Assembly (NCBI GenBank): GCA_045589735.1
Contig: JAZNPQ010000061.1
Location: 1-38,889 of the forward strand
Source of the DNA: Eubacteriales bacterium
GTDB taxonomy: Bacteria > Bacillota > Clostridia > Oscillospirales > CAG-272
Length of the DNA: 38,889 bases
Reading direction: 5' to 3'
Positions 19,015 to 27,182 of the stretch are shown in pieces (within the stretch, counting starts at the first letter, position 1; each line of letters starts with the position of its first letter). The notes beneath the pieces were generated by a model. It searched no databases. It was not told the origin of the DNA and was given only the letters and a program-made list of their open reading frames with translations. The translations under genes and the position numbers were made by a program.

Positions 19015-20616
19015 TTATCCTTTAATTTGTGTTCTCTTAAATCTGATTATTGTGAGCCATACCATCAACGCAATAAATACTGCATGGTAGGCGACTCCAA
19101 GCCAAATGTTTAATTTCCAGAAGCTTGTAAGTCCTGCAAATCCGTCGTAAAGCGTGCTTGCCGTCATGCTTATATAAGGTATCGGAGAATATATCAGCCA
19201 GCCGAAGCTTCCCGGCAACAGCTGCATAAGAGCAATTCCTATACCAAGTATTGCCGACGAGATGGCAAACTTTATGACTATCGGAAGTGTTATTGCATTT
19301 CCCGTCTTTTTCGTCAGCGAAGCTATCAGCGCAGTAAGCGCCATATCGGCAAATACTGTCAGCATAGCGACAGCAACTCTACCGAGCGTTATAAGAAACG
19401 CGGGTATCTTTACGGGTGCGTCTCCTATATTTATCACGTCAAAGAAGCTTCCCGAGCCGTATATTAAAAGATTTTCTATTGAAACGAGGAAAAGACTTGA
19501 GACGGTCAACGCGGTAAGTATCACCGCCGCCGAGACAAGCTTTGACGCAATTATCTGCGTACGGCTTCTCGGTCTTATGAGGAGCAGTCTTATTGTTCCC
19601 TTTGCGAATTCTCCCGCTATCATAGATGCGACGATAACCATCATGACTATCCCGAAATCTGATATCATCGATTCCATTATCGCGGCGGTCTCGGAGTTTA
19701 CGTTCGCCGAATATATGTCTATATCGTTTTCGATAGCATACACACACTTATTGAATTCTTTTCTGAAAAAATTCACGTCGCCTTCACAGTTCTTTACGTA
19801 ATCGTCGTAAGGAAGCGCGGAAGTCCACGAGTACATTTCATCATACTCGTCCTCAGAAAGAGGGAAGCTCGACTTCATATCATACGCATGTTGGCTCATA
19901 TTTTCTTTCATAAGCTTATATTCCCAGCTATCGGGACCCGATCCGCGTTCATCAATGGTTTTGAGACATTCAAGCTCTGTTTCGGCAATATCGAGATTCA
20001 GACGGGCGAGCACGACTGCTCTTTCATTTTCATCAGTTGATGATGCCTTGTAGTTACGTTCCGCAGTTTCCACCACTGCATTAAGCATTGATATTTCTTT
20101 TGCTTTTGACTCTATAGCAGCAGGAATAAACTGACTTTCGGACATAAGTATCTGTTTTTCGAGGGCGAGTCTTTTCTGATTTGTTTCGATGTAAAGCGTT
20201 TTGGCTTCGCTTTTATCATTGAGAGACAACCCAAACCAACTTACCACATCGTCTGCGCTGTACCTGCCATTTGCCACAAGCTCATAGCCGCGTTCGAGAA
20301 CGTACAGCTCCGAATACTGATAAGAAAAATTCTCAAACTGCCAGCCCTCTACGATATCGTTATCTATAAAGAACTTGTACGCTTCGGTATAAGCATTAAA
20401 GTATTCATATTCAACACCGTCGGCTTCATCAGCCCACTCTTTATAGCTCTCGTATTCATCCTCTGCGTTAAACGAGAGAAAATCGGAAGAAAATACAAGC
20501 CCCAAAATTGGCGACAGCAAGGTAAGACCGAGCATAATGAAAATTACAACTCTGTAGCCCGTCTGCTTCCATATCTTTATTATCTCATTGAGCACAAGAT
20601 TCATAAAAGCCTTCAT
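19015..20616 (-). CDS. ABC-2 type transporter permease with a large (~290 aa) insert between TM1 and TM2 (533 aa)
   Basis: An N-terminal TM helix is followed by a long acidic/helical segment, then 5 C-terminal TM helices with an ABC-2-like pattern (GEFAKGTIRLLLIRPRSR). It overlaps the ATPase stop by 4 nt (ATGA). Confidence 0.75.
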   Translation of the reverse strand: MKAFMNLVLNEIIKIWKQTGYRVVIFIMLGLTLLSPILGLVFSSDFLSFNAEDEYESYKEWADEADGVEYEYFNAYTEAYKFFIDNDIVEGWQFENFSYQYSELYVLERGYELVANGRYSADDVVSWFGLSLNDKSEAKTLYIETNQKRLALEKQILMSESQFIPAAIESKAKEISMLNAVVETAERNYKASSTDENERAVVLARLNLDIAETELECLKTIDERGSGPDSWEYKLMKENMSQHAYDMKSSFPLSEDEYDEMYSWTSALPYDDYVKNCEGDVNFFRKEFNKCVYAIENDIDIYSANVNSETAAIMESMISDFGIVMMVIVASMIAGEFAKGTIRLLLIRPRSRTQIIASKLVSAAVILTALTVSSLFLVSIENLLIYGSGSFFDVINIGDAPVKIPAFLITLGRVAVAMLTVFADMALTALIASLTKKTGNAITLPIVIKFAISSAILGIGIALMQLLPGSFGWLIYSPIPYISMTASTLYDGFAGLTSFWKLNIWLGVAYHAVFIALMVWLTIIRFKRTQIKG

Positions 20617-21620
20617 TTTGCGTCACCCCCGTCCTGTTTCTCGTCTTTGGTGTCGCTCGGCTCGGCGAATGGCTGCTTATTTGCCGTTTTCCCCGTCGTT
20701 ATTTCAACGAATGCGTCCTCAAGAGAATGCTTTACGGGAGACGCCGAGGCTATAAGGACGTCTGCCATAACAAGCAGCTTGACGCTTGCGTTAAGTCCCG
20801 ATCCGCCTGCGTCGAGGTCTGCCGTCACGGTGAATTTATTTCCGTTAAGCTTGTAAGTATTTCCTTCAACACCGTCAAGCACGCTTTTTGCCGCTTCGAC
20901 CGATTCCGTCTCAACGGTTATCTCAAACTGCTCGACGTTTCCGGGACTTGAGGCTCTGACATCATTCATCGATTTGACCGCAATAACGCTTCCTCTGTCT
21001 ATAACGGCAAATCTGTCGCAAATAAGATCAAGCTCGGCAAGCTGGTGGCTCGAAATAAATACCGCAGTTCCCTCTTCGCGAGAGACCTTAAGCAAAATAT
21101 CTCGAAGCTCCTTTATACCTATAGGGTCAAGTCCGTTCGTTGGTTCATCTAGTATAAGAAGTCTCGGCTTATTTATAAGCGCCTGTGCAACGCCGAGTCT
21201 CTGTCTCATTCCGAGAGAATATTTACTTACTTTATCTTTTATTCTGTCTGTAAGACCTACGAGAGACACGACCTCATCGACGCGGCTTTTTGGAATATCA
21301 TCGTGCATACGTACGACCTGCATAAGATTTTCGTATCCGCTGAGATATCCGTACAGCTCGGGATTTTCGATTATTCCTCCTACGTTTTCGACAGCTTTTT
21401 TAAAATCCGTCTTTATATCGTATCCGCATATTGAGACCTCGCCCGCTTCAAGCGATAAAAGTCCGAGCATAACCTTTATAGTCGTGGTTTTTCCCGAACC
21501 GTTAGGGCCTAAAAATCCAAATATTTCGCCCTCGTTTACTTCCACCGAAATATCGTTTAATATAAGCTTTGAACCGAGGTGTTTAGTCAAATGCGAAATT
21601 TTAAGTACAGTATTTCCCAT
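20613..21620 (-). CDS. ABC transporter ATP-binding protein (ABC-2/CcmA-like) with C-terminal extension (335 aa)
   Basis: Walker A GPNGSGKTT, signature YSLGMRQRL, Walker B LLILDEPTNGLD, and an H-loop. SD is AGGAGGAG. Confidence 0.9.
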   Translation of the reverse strand: MGNTVLKISHLTKHLGSKLILNDISVEVNEGEIFGFLGPNGSGKTTTIKVMLGLLSLEAGEVSICGYDIKTDFKKAVENVGGIIENPELYGYLSGYENLMQVVRMHDDIPKSRVDEVVSLVGLTDRIKDKVSKYSLGMRQRLGVAQALINKPRLLILDEPTNGLDPIGIKELRDILLKVSREEGTAVFISSHQLAELDLICDRFAVIDRGSVIAVKSMNDVRASSPGNVEQFEITVETESVEAAKSVLDGVEGNTYKLNGNKFTVTADLDAGGSGLNASVKLLVMADVLIASASPVKHSLEDAFVEITTGKTANKQPFAEPSDTKDEKQDGGDAK

Positions 21621-21651
21621 TGCTCCTCCTGCTTTTTATTTTTGTGCTTTT

Positions 21652-21680
21652 ATAATAGCATATTCTCGATTTTTTTGCAA
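21652..21680 (-). promoter_or_regulatory. Sigma-A promoter for the ABC-2 operon
   Basis: On the minus strand: TTGCAA (21680-21675), 17-nt spacer, TATTAT (21657-21652). Confidence 0.5.
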
Positions 21681-21689
21681 CAACCGATA

Positions 21690-22145
21690 TTATTTTTCGT
21701 CATTTGAAACAGTCAAGACCTTGTTTTTTTGTTTATCCTGCCACTTTTTTAATTTATTGAGATATTTTTGCGATATTATTACACCGTCAGCTCCACGCAC
21801 CGTAAAGATATCTTCATTTTCAAAAAATGCTTCTTTAGCACCTCGTTTTTTAACACAAGATAAGAAATGACAGTCAAAATATCCGTCAAGGCTCTCTTCT
21901 GCCGTTATATTCACTCGGTATTCGTAACCGAAAGCAAAGCGTTTTTTGGGGTCGGTATCGTTATCGTATTCCTCCGTAAGCTTCGGATACAGCTTTTCTT
22001 TTGCCCACGACAGACATTTTTCGCATATTTCCTCAAAAAAGCTCTCACATACGCCGATTGTCGGATAAGAAAGCTCACTTCTCAAAAGCAGTATTCCGTT
22101 ATAACACATATTATCACGCTTTTTCCTTATTTCATATTTAATCAT
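21690..22145 (-). CDS. Hypothetical cytoplasmic protein (151 aa)
   Basis: Intact ORF with a purine-rich SD-like sequence (GAAGGGCGG) upstream. No signal peptide and no family I can recognise. The region is AT-rich. Confidence 0.5.
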   Translation of the reverse strand: MIKYEIRKKRDNMCYNGILLLRSELSYPTIGVCESFFEEICEKCLSWAKEKLYPKLTEEYDNDTDPKKRFAFGYEYRVNITAEESLDGYFDCHFLSCVKKRGAKEAFFENEDIFTVRGADGVIISQKYLNKLKKWQDKQKNKVLTVSNDEK

Positions 22146-22230
22146 AAAATCACCGCCCTTCGTGTTTTATTTTATGATTGAAAATATTTTTGTAATACAC
22201 CAAAAAAATCAAAAAACTCTCAAAATAATA

Positions 22231-22259
22231 TTGACAAAATTACTTTTGAGGAGTATAAT
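22231..22259 (+). promoter_or_regulatory. Consensus sigma-A promoter for the lipoprotein gene
   Basis: TTGACA (22231-22236), 17-nt spacer, TATAAT (22254-22259). Confidence 0.65.
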
Positions 22260-22297
22260 TGTATCGTACATAAATTATCTTTTGGGAGGAAATCAAA

Positions 22298-22714
22298 ATG
22301 AAAAATGTACTTAGACTCACAACACTTGCACTCGTTCTCGTTATGATGCTCGCTTGTCTCGCATCCTGCTTCGGTGGACCTAACGCTGATCCTAAGAAGG
22401 CAGAAGAAGCCCTTGAGGATAATGACTACGTTGTTATTGTTGCTGATGATAAACTCTCTCTTGGTCTTATGGGTCTTAGCGAGGATATCGATAACCTTGA
22501 GTGTGTTATCACTGCTTACAACGAAGATGATGAAGACGATGCTATAATTATCTTCTACTTTGAAGATAAGGAAGATGCCGACGAAGCCTTCAAGTCCGAT
22601 ACACTTAAGGATATGGCAGAAGAGGCTGAGGAAGAAAGCGACGACATTGTGTTCAAGAAATCCGGTAAGATGGTATATATCGGCACAAAGAACGCTGTTA
22701 AGGCTGCAAGATAA
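22298..22714 (+). CDS. Small acidic lipoprotein, function unknown (138 aa)
   Basis: Signal peptide with lipobox LASC (MKNVLRLTTLALVLVMMLACLASC|FGG). The mature part is rich in D/E. SD is GGGAGG. Confidence 0.7.
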   Translation: MKNVLRLTTLALVLVMMLACLASCFGGPNADPKKAEEALEDNDYVVIVADDKLSLGLMGLSEDIDNLECVITAYNEDDEDDAIIIFYFEDKEDADEAFKSDTLKDMAEEAEEESDDIVFKKSGKMVYIGTKNAVKAAR

Positions 22715-22731
22715 TCATTATTCGATTACAT

Positions 22732-22766
22732 AAAAAACCTTTCGGAAAATTCCGAAAGGTATTTTG
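22732..22766. terminator. Bidirectional terminator shared by the lipoprotein gene and recR
   Basis: Stem ACCTTTCGGA (22737-22746) / TCCGAAAGGT (22751-22760), with an A-run upstream and ATTTTGTTT downstream. Confidence 0.8.
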
Positions 22767-22783
22767 TTTGTATTAGTATTTTT

Positions 22784-23386
22784 TTAATAGTCCCGTCTGC
22801 CCTCGAGCGCTCTGAAAAGCGTTACCTCGTCGGCATATTCGAGGTCTCCCCCCACAGGCATTCCGTAGGCAAGTCTTGTAACCTTGACACCAAGCGTCTT
22901 TGCAAGCTTTGCAATATACATAGCCGTGGTTTCACCTTCAACCGTCGGGTTGGTTGCTATTATAAGCTCCTTTACCTCGTCGCCCGTGCCTATTCTTTCA
23001 ATAAGCTCACGAATATAAAGCTTGTCCGGAGTTATTCCGTTTATCGGGGATATTTCGCCGTGAAGCACGTGGTACATTCCCTTGAACTCTCGAACCTTTT
23101 CAAAAGATACGACGTCCTTAGGGTCCTCCACTACACATATAACGCTTCGGTCGCGTGACAGGTCGGAGCATACATGGCACACATCCTTATCGGTCAGGTT
23201 TTTGCATATAGGACACAAATGTATTTTTTCCTTTGCGTCGGTAATAGCCTTTGCAAGTGCCGCTACCTCTTCATCAGAAAAATTTACAACGGCATACGCC
23301 ATTCTCATTGCCGACTTACGTCCGACTCCCGGAAGTCTTCCAAAGCTTTCGGCAAGGTTCTGGAGTGATTCAATGTAATCCGCCAT
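22784..23386 (-). CDS. recR: Recombination protein RecR (200 aa)
   Basis: N-terminal LPGVG HhH motif, a C4 zinc finger (CPICKNLTDKDVCHVC), and a Toprim region (ICVVEDPKDV). Confidence 0.95.
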   Translation of the reverse strand: MADYIESLQNLAESFGRLPGVGRKSAMRMAYAVVNFSDEEVAALAKAITDAKEKIHLCPICKNLTDKDVCHVCSDLSRDRSVICVVEDPKDVVSFEKVREFKGMYHVLHGEISPINGITPDKLYIRELIERIGTGDEVKELIIATNPTVEGETTAMYIAKLAKTLGVKVTRLAYGMPVGGDLEYADEVTLFRALEGRRDY

Positions 23387-23389
23387 TTA

Positions 23390-23740
23390 TCAGAACATTC
23401 CCGGGAAGCCGCCCATTCCGCCCGTAATCTTTGCCATTTCGGTCGAATTTGTGTCGTCTACCCTCTTTATACCTTCGTTTATCGCCGCTGTGATTATATC
23501 GGCAAGTGTTTCTACGTCGTCGGGGTCTACTATATCGGGAGCTATCTCGATGCCGAGAACCTCACGCTTGCCGTTTATTTTCAGCTTTACCATTCCGCCG
23601 CCTGCGGATATATCGTACTCACGGGAATCAAGATCCTCTTGAAGCGCCTCCATATCCTCCTGCATCTTCTGTGCCTGACGAAGCATTGCGTTCATATTCT
23701 GAGGACCGCCGCCCATTCCCTTCGGTATATTTGCTCTCAT
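23390..23740 (-). CDS. ybaB: YbaB/EbfC family nucleoid-associated protein (116 aa)
   Basis: MLRQAQKMQEDMEALQEDL..., GGGMVKLKINGKREVLGIEI and LEDLI-type motifs. It holds the conserved position between dnaX and recR. Confidence 0.9.
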   Translation of the reverse strand: MRANIPKGMGGGPQNMNAMLRQAQKMQEDMEALQEDLDSREYDISAGGGMVKLKINGKREVLGIEIAPDIVDPDDVETLADIITAAINEGIKRVDDTNSTEMAKITGGMGGFPGMF

Positions 23741-23754
23741 TGTTGTTTCCTCCG

Positions 23755-25410
23755 TTAATTTTCATAATTTTCAAGGAAATCGTCTATAACGCTGTCCTTG
23801 TATTCTTCCTCGGGTATCAGCTCAAAGCTGACCGCCGTTGGCTTACCAAGCTGTTTTGAAAGCAGCTCGGATACTCTCTTGGAATTATCGTGTTTATCTG
23901 CTCTTTCGAGCATAAAATCACTTTCAAAAACTATTACCGCATTTCCGTTTTCATCGGTAAATGCTTTCGTAGAATTTACGTCCATCCACAAAAGAAAGTC
24001 GTTTACAGCCATTTCCTCAAGTACCTCCACCCAGCATCTGAGCGGTCTTAACGTTCTTATCGTTTTAGGTGTGTTTTCGTTTTTTGGCGTAATTTTCGGC
24101 TTTTCTTCTACCCTTTCGGGTTCTTTCGCCTCAGGCTCAAGCTTTGTTTCTTTTGTCGGCTCTGTTATTTTCTCTTTTTTGATTTCCCTTTCGGGCTTTT
24201 CTTCCTTTTTGGGCTTGACCGGTTCGGTTGCCGTTTGTGCAGGAACAGCTCCGTTAAGAGTTATGTTCATAAGACTGTCTTCAAGCTTTGAAATTCTCGA
24301 AAGAAGTGAATCGTTACGCTCGTCAAGGCGCTCGTCACACATTTTTATGAGCGTCATCTCGGCAGTCATTCTTGCCGTTGCCGCAGACCTTCCTATCTTA
24401 AGGAGTGCGTCGTCAAGCATTCTGCAATGCCACAGCAGAGTTTCCTTGGTAAAGCACGCCGCAATATCCGACATTCTCTCGGTTTCGGAATCTGTGAGGT
24501 CGAGATATTTCGCGGCGGTCGGTGTGGTTTTGAATACGAGCATATCACGCCAAAAGGATATCATATCCTGCCAGAACACCTTTATATCCTTTGACGACAC
24601 GACAAGCTCTGAAATCTCGTCAAGTATCGTATCGTAATTTTTCCTCGCAACCGCTTCGGCAACTCTCGCCGTTCTCTCCCGTCCCGTGCTTCCGACGGTA
24701 TCGTTTACAAGCTCCTCGGTTATCTCGCGGTCGCCTCCCGAGCAAAGCTCAAGCAGACTGATAGCGTCTCTCATACCGCCCTGTGACAGTCTCGCTATGA
24801 GATGCGACGCATCCTTTGTCAGCTTGATACCCTCTTCCTTTGCGATAAGCTCTATTCTTGCCGAAAGGTTCTCGGTAGATATACGTCTGAACTCAAATCT
24901 CTGACATCTTGAGATTATCGTCGCGGGCAGCTTATGCTGTTCTGTCGTGGCAAGTATAAATATAACGTACGACGGAGGCTCTTCGAGCGTTTTGAGCAGT
25001 GCATTAAATGCGCTTTGCGACAGCATATGGACCTCGTCCACTATGTAGACCTTATATTTGAGCATAGACGGAGCAAATACTACCTCGTCGCGTATATCTC
25101 TTATATTTTCAACGCCGTTGTTCGATGCCGCGTCCATTTCAAGCACGTCTGTCGCGCTTCCCGCCTCTATCGCGCGGCAGGAATCACAAACACCGCAGGG
25201 CTCGCCGTTCTGTGGGTTTTCACAGTTTACAGCCTTTGCAAGTATCTTTGCGCAGGTGGTTTTTCCGACACCTCTTGAACCGCAAAAAAGGTAAGCATGA
25301 CTGAGCTTACCGTTTCCGACTTCGTATTTAAGCACAGAGGTGATATGCTCCTGTCCGTATACGTCGTCAAAGACACGAGGACGCCATTTTCTGTATAATG
25401 CCTGATGCAT
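23755..25410 (-). CDS. dnaX: DNA polymerase III subunit gamma/tau (551 aa)
   Basis: YRKWRP..F..V.GQEH, Walker A GSRGVGKTT, zinc module CGVCDSC, DEVHML, and a K/E/P-rich linker. Confidence 0.95.
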   Translation of the reverse strand: MHQALYRKWRPRVFDDVYGQEHITSVLKYEVGNGKLSHAYLFCGSRGVGKTTCAKILAKAVNCENPQNGEPCGVCDSCRAIEAGSATDVLEMDAASNNGVENIRDIRDEVVFAPSMLKYKVYIVDEVHMLSQSAFNALLKTLEEPPSYVIFILATTEQHKLPATIISRCQRFEFRRISTENLSARIELIAKEEGIKLTKDASHLIARLSQGGMRDAISLLELCSGGDREITEELVNDTVGSTGRERTARVAEAVARKNYDTILDEISELVVSSKDIKVFWQDMISFWRDMLVFKTTPTAAKYLDLTDSETERMSDIAACFTKETLLWHCRMLDDALLKIGRSAATARMTAEMTLIKMCDERLDERNDSLLSRISKLEDSLMNITLNGAVPAQTATEPVKPKKEEKPEREIKKEKITEPTKETKLEPEAKEPERVEEKPKITPKNENTPKTIRTLRPLRCWVEVLEEMAVNDFLLWMDVNSTKAFTDENGNAVIVFESDFMLERADKHDNSKRVSELLSKQLGKPTAVSFELIPEEEYKDSVIDDFLENYEN

Positions 25411-25432
25411 AAGCCACCTCCGTAAATCAGAA

Positions 25433-25707
25433 TGAGACCATACACCAAAAAATCGAACTCCGTTCCTGCGCGATTACCGAATCCTTCACTCGGAGCAGGC
25501 GCCCCCACGGCACACCGAGTATGCCGCTTAATGCTGCTCGGTTCCCCGCCTGACATGGTTCACAGCGCTCGATTGCGCGGGACCCACTCTTCAACGTGTC
25601 AAACGCGGCTCTATCACAGAAATGTTGCCCTCAGAATTGGGATTAACCCCTGCTATAGCGGATTTCAGGTACAAGGTTCCGCTACCTCCCCGGTTAGTAT
25701 GGCCTCA
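25433..25707 (-). ncRNA. ffs: Signal recognition particle RNA, long Bacillus-type with Alu domain (~275 nt)
   Basis: The minus strand contains GAACCATGTCAGGCGGGGAACCGAGCAGCATTAAG, the helix 8 / domain IV motif with a GGAA tetraloop. It also contains the 5' Alu-domain motif CCGGGGAGGTAGCGG...TGTACC. An 11-bp terminal helix joins TGAGGCCATAC (5') with GTATGGTCTCA (3'). The position immediately upstream of dnaX matches B. subtilis scr-dnaX-yaaK-recR. The ends are approximate. Confidence 0.85.
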
Positions 25708-25713
25708 CGGTAT

Positions 25714-25742
25714 ATTATAACAGATTATCTCGTGTTTTGCAA
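25714..25742 (-). promoter_or_regulatory. Extended -10 promoter for the SRP RNA
   Basis: On the minus strand: TTGCAA (25742-25737), 17-nt spacer, TGtTATAAT (25722-25714). This puts the predicted start about 7 nt before the terminal helix. Confidence 0.65.
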
Positions 25743-25775
25743 TAGTATTTTAAAAAATTGATTTACAAAAAGTTA

Positions 25776-25804
25776 TTGACATATCTTTCTGCGTGTGGTA
25801 CAAT
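25776..25804 (+). promoter_or_regulatory. Extended -10 promoter for the permease gene
   Basis: TTGACA (25776-25781), 17-nt spacer, TGgTACAAT (25796-25804). Confidence 0.65.
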
Positions 25805-25885
25805 GTTTCTCGTTGTTTTATTTTATTATATAATGACTATTACTATAGAAAGGTATACGCGCGCGTAGATATAGTGCAGTAGGTT

Positions 25886-27046
25886 ATGAATTCGGCATCA
25901 GCTCCGCACAGACATACTCATAATTTTTCGGAAATCATCCACATAACGGCAGAATTTTTAAAATCAAATATCGTTCTCGTTATTGCCGCAGCTCTCGCGT
26001 TTGCAACATCAATTATAATTCCGCCCGACACCGAATATCTCGGTTATTTTGATTTCAGGACACTCACCTGTCTTTTCTGTACACTTGCCGTTATATGCGC
26101 TCTTAAGGGCATCGGATTCTTTTCTTTCCTTGCGAAAAAGATAGTAGTCGGCACAGGGAATCTGCGTATGGCAGTCCTGTCTCTTGTCTACATAACCTTT
26201 ATAGGCTCTATGCTTATAGCCAACGATATGGCGCTTCTCACCTTTCTGCCTCTCGGATTTTTCGTGCTTGAAGCGACGGGACGAAAGGAATATATGGCGT
26301 TCACTTTTATTATGCAAAATATCGCCGCAAACCTCGGCGGTATGCTTACCCCCTTCGGCAATCCGCAAAATCTCTTCCTTTACAGCCGATTCGAGATACC
26401 GACGGGACAGTTTATGCTCACAATGCTCCCACCGTTTCTTATCTCGGTCGCGCTTATTACCCTCTCGTGCATCATTTTCGTAAAGCCGCTTAAGCTCTCG
26501 CTTGAAAACAACGACGAGAATAAGCTCCCGATAGCAAGGACCGTGATTTATCTAATTTTGTTCGCTTTTTCTATTTTCATTGTTTTCAGAGTTATACCCT
26601 ACGTTACTGGACTCATAATAATTCCCATCGCCCTGCTTTTCCTTGACAAAAAGGCTCTGCTCCGTGTTGACTACGGTCTGCTTCTCACTTTTGTCTGCTT
26701 TTTCATTTTTGCGGGAAACATGGGAAGGATCGGCGCCGTACGTGACCTGTTCTCTTCTCTCCTTGAAAAGAACACTCTTCTTGTTAGCACGCTTTCGTGT
26801 CAGGTCATAAGCAACGTGCCGACGTCAATACTTATGTCGCAGTTTACGTCAAATTGGCGTGAGCTTCTTATCGGTGTTAATATAGGCGGAGCGGGCACGC
26901 TTATAGCCTCTCTTGCAAGTCTTATAACCTTCAAGGAATATTCGCACCACGAGCCGAAAAAGATTGGTTTCTATATTTTCTTGTTTTCGGTTATAAATTT
27001 TGCGTTTCTCGGAATATTGCTTCTTGCCGAAGGCTTTATTCTTTGA
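25886..27046 (+). CDS. ArsB/NhaD (ion transporter) superfamily anion permease, YbiR-like (386 aa)
   Basis: Polytopic membrane protein of about 10-11 TM helices. The patterns ANDMALLTFLP, NPQNLFLY and NIGGAGTLIASLA are typical of CitMHS/ArsB-like permeases. The SD is weak, so the start is less certain. Confidence 0.7.
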   Translation: MNSASAPHRHTHNFSEIIHITAEFLKSNIVLVIAAALAFATSIIIPPDTEYLGYFDFRTLTCLFCTLAVICALKGIGFFSFLAKKIVVGTGNLRMAVLSLVYITFIGSMLIANDMALLTFLPLGFFVLEATGRKEYMAFTFIMQNIAANLGGMLTPFGNPQNLFLYSRFEIPTGQFMLTMLPPFLISVALITLSCIIFVKPLKLSLENNDENKLPIARTVIYLILFAFSIFIVFRVIPYVTGLIIIPIALLFLDKKALLRVDYGLLLTFVCFFIFAGNMGRIGAVRDLFSSLLEKNTLLVSTLSCQVISNVPTSILMSQFTSNWRELLIGVNIGGAGTLIASLASLITFKEYSHHEPKKIGFYIFLFSVINFAFLGILLLAEGFIL

Positions 27047-27092
27047 TATAGCGCAACGTTAACATATTATTTACAATTAGTTTGGTTTAAAT

Positions 27093-27134
27093 TTTATCGC
27101 TTTACTTGACTAAAGCGATAAAGTGTGCTATAAT
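27093..27134 (+). promoter_or_regulatory. his operon promoter with an overlapping perfect 12-bp inverted repeat (candidate operator)
   Basis: TTGACT (27106-27111), 17-nt spacer, TGcTATAAT (27126-27134). The inverted repeat TTTATCGCTTTA (27093-27104) / TAAAGCGATAAA (27111-27122) is centred on the -35. Confidence 0.6.
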
Positions 27135-27182
27135 TTGGCATATTCGTTTTTATCGTTTTAAGAAATTATTTGGAGTAAATTT

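Noticed and set aside
20974-21870. 298-aa plus-strand ORF
   Set aside because: It is fully antisense to the ABC ATPase, which has clear Walker A/B and signature motifs. The translation is low-complexity S/P/F/I-rich with no SD. It is a typical shadow ORF.
24171-24213. Possible programmed frameshift or slippage sites in dnaX (AAAAAAG at 24183-24171 and C AAA AAG at 24213-24201, minus strand)
   Set aside because: The A6G run is in the wrong phase for an X XXY YYZ -1 slip. The in-phase site begins with C rather than A. No downstream stem-loop or upstream SD-like stimulator was seen. Firmicute dnaX is generally not frameshifted.
23798-24637. 279-aa plus-strand ORF
   Set aside because: It is antisense to dnaX. 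The translation is extremely Ser-rich with no recognisable domain or SD. It is a shadow ORF.
27047-27182. T-box riboswitch or leader-peptide attenuator for the his operon
   Set aside because: The predicted leader is only about 45 nt. It has no specifier or T-box sequence, no His-codon run and no terminator/antiterminator pair.
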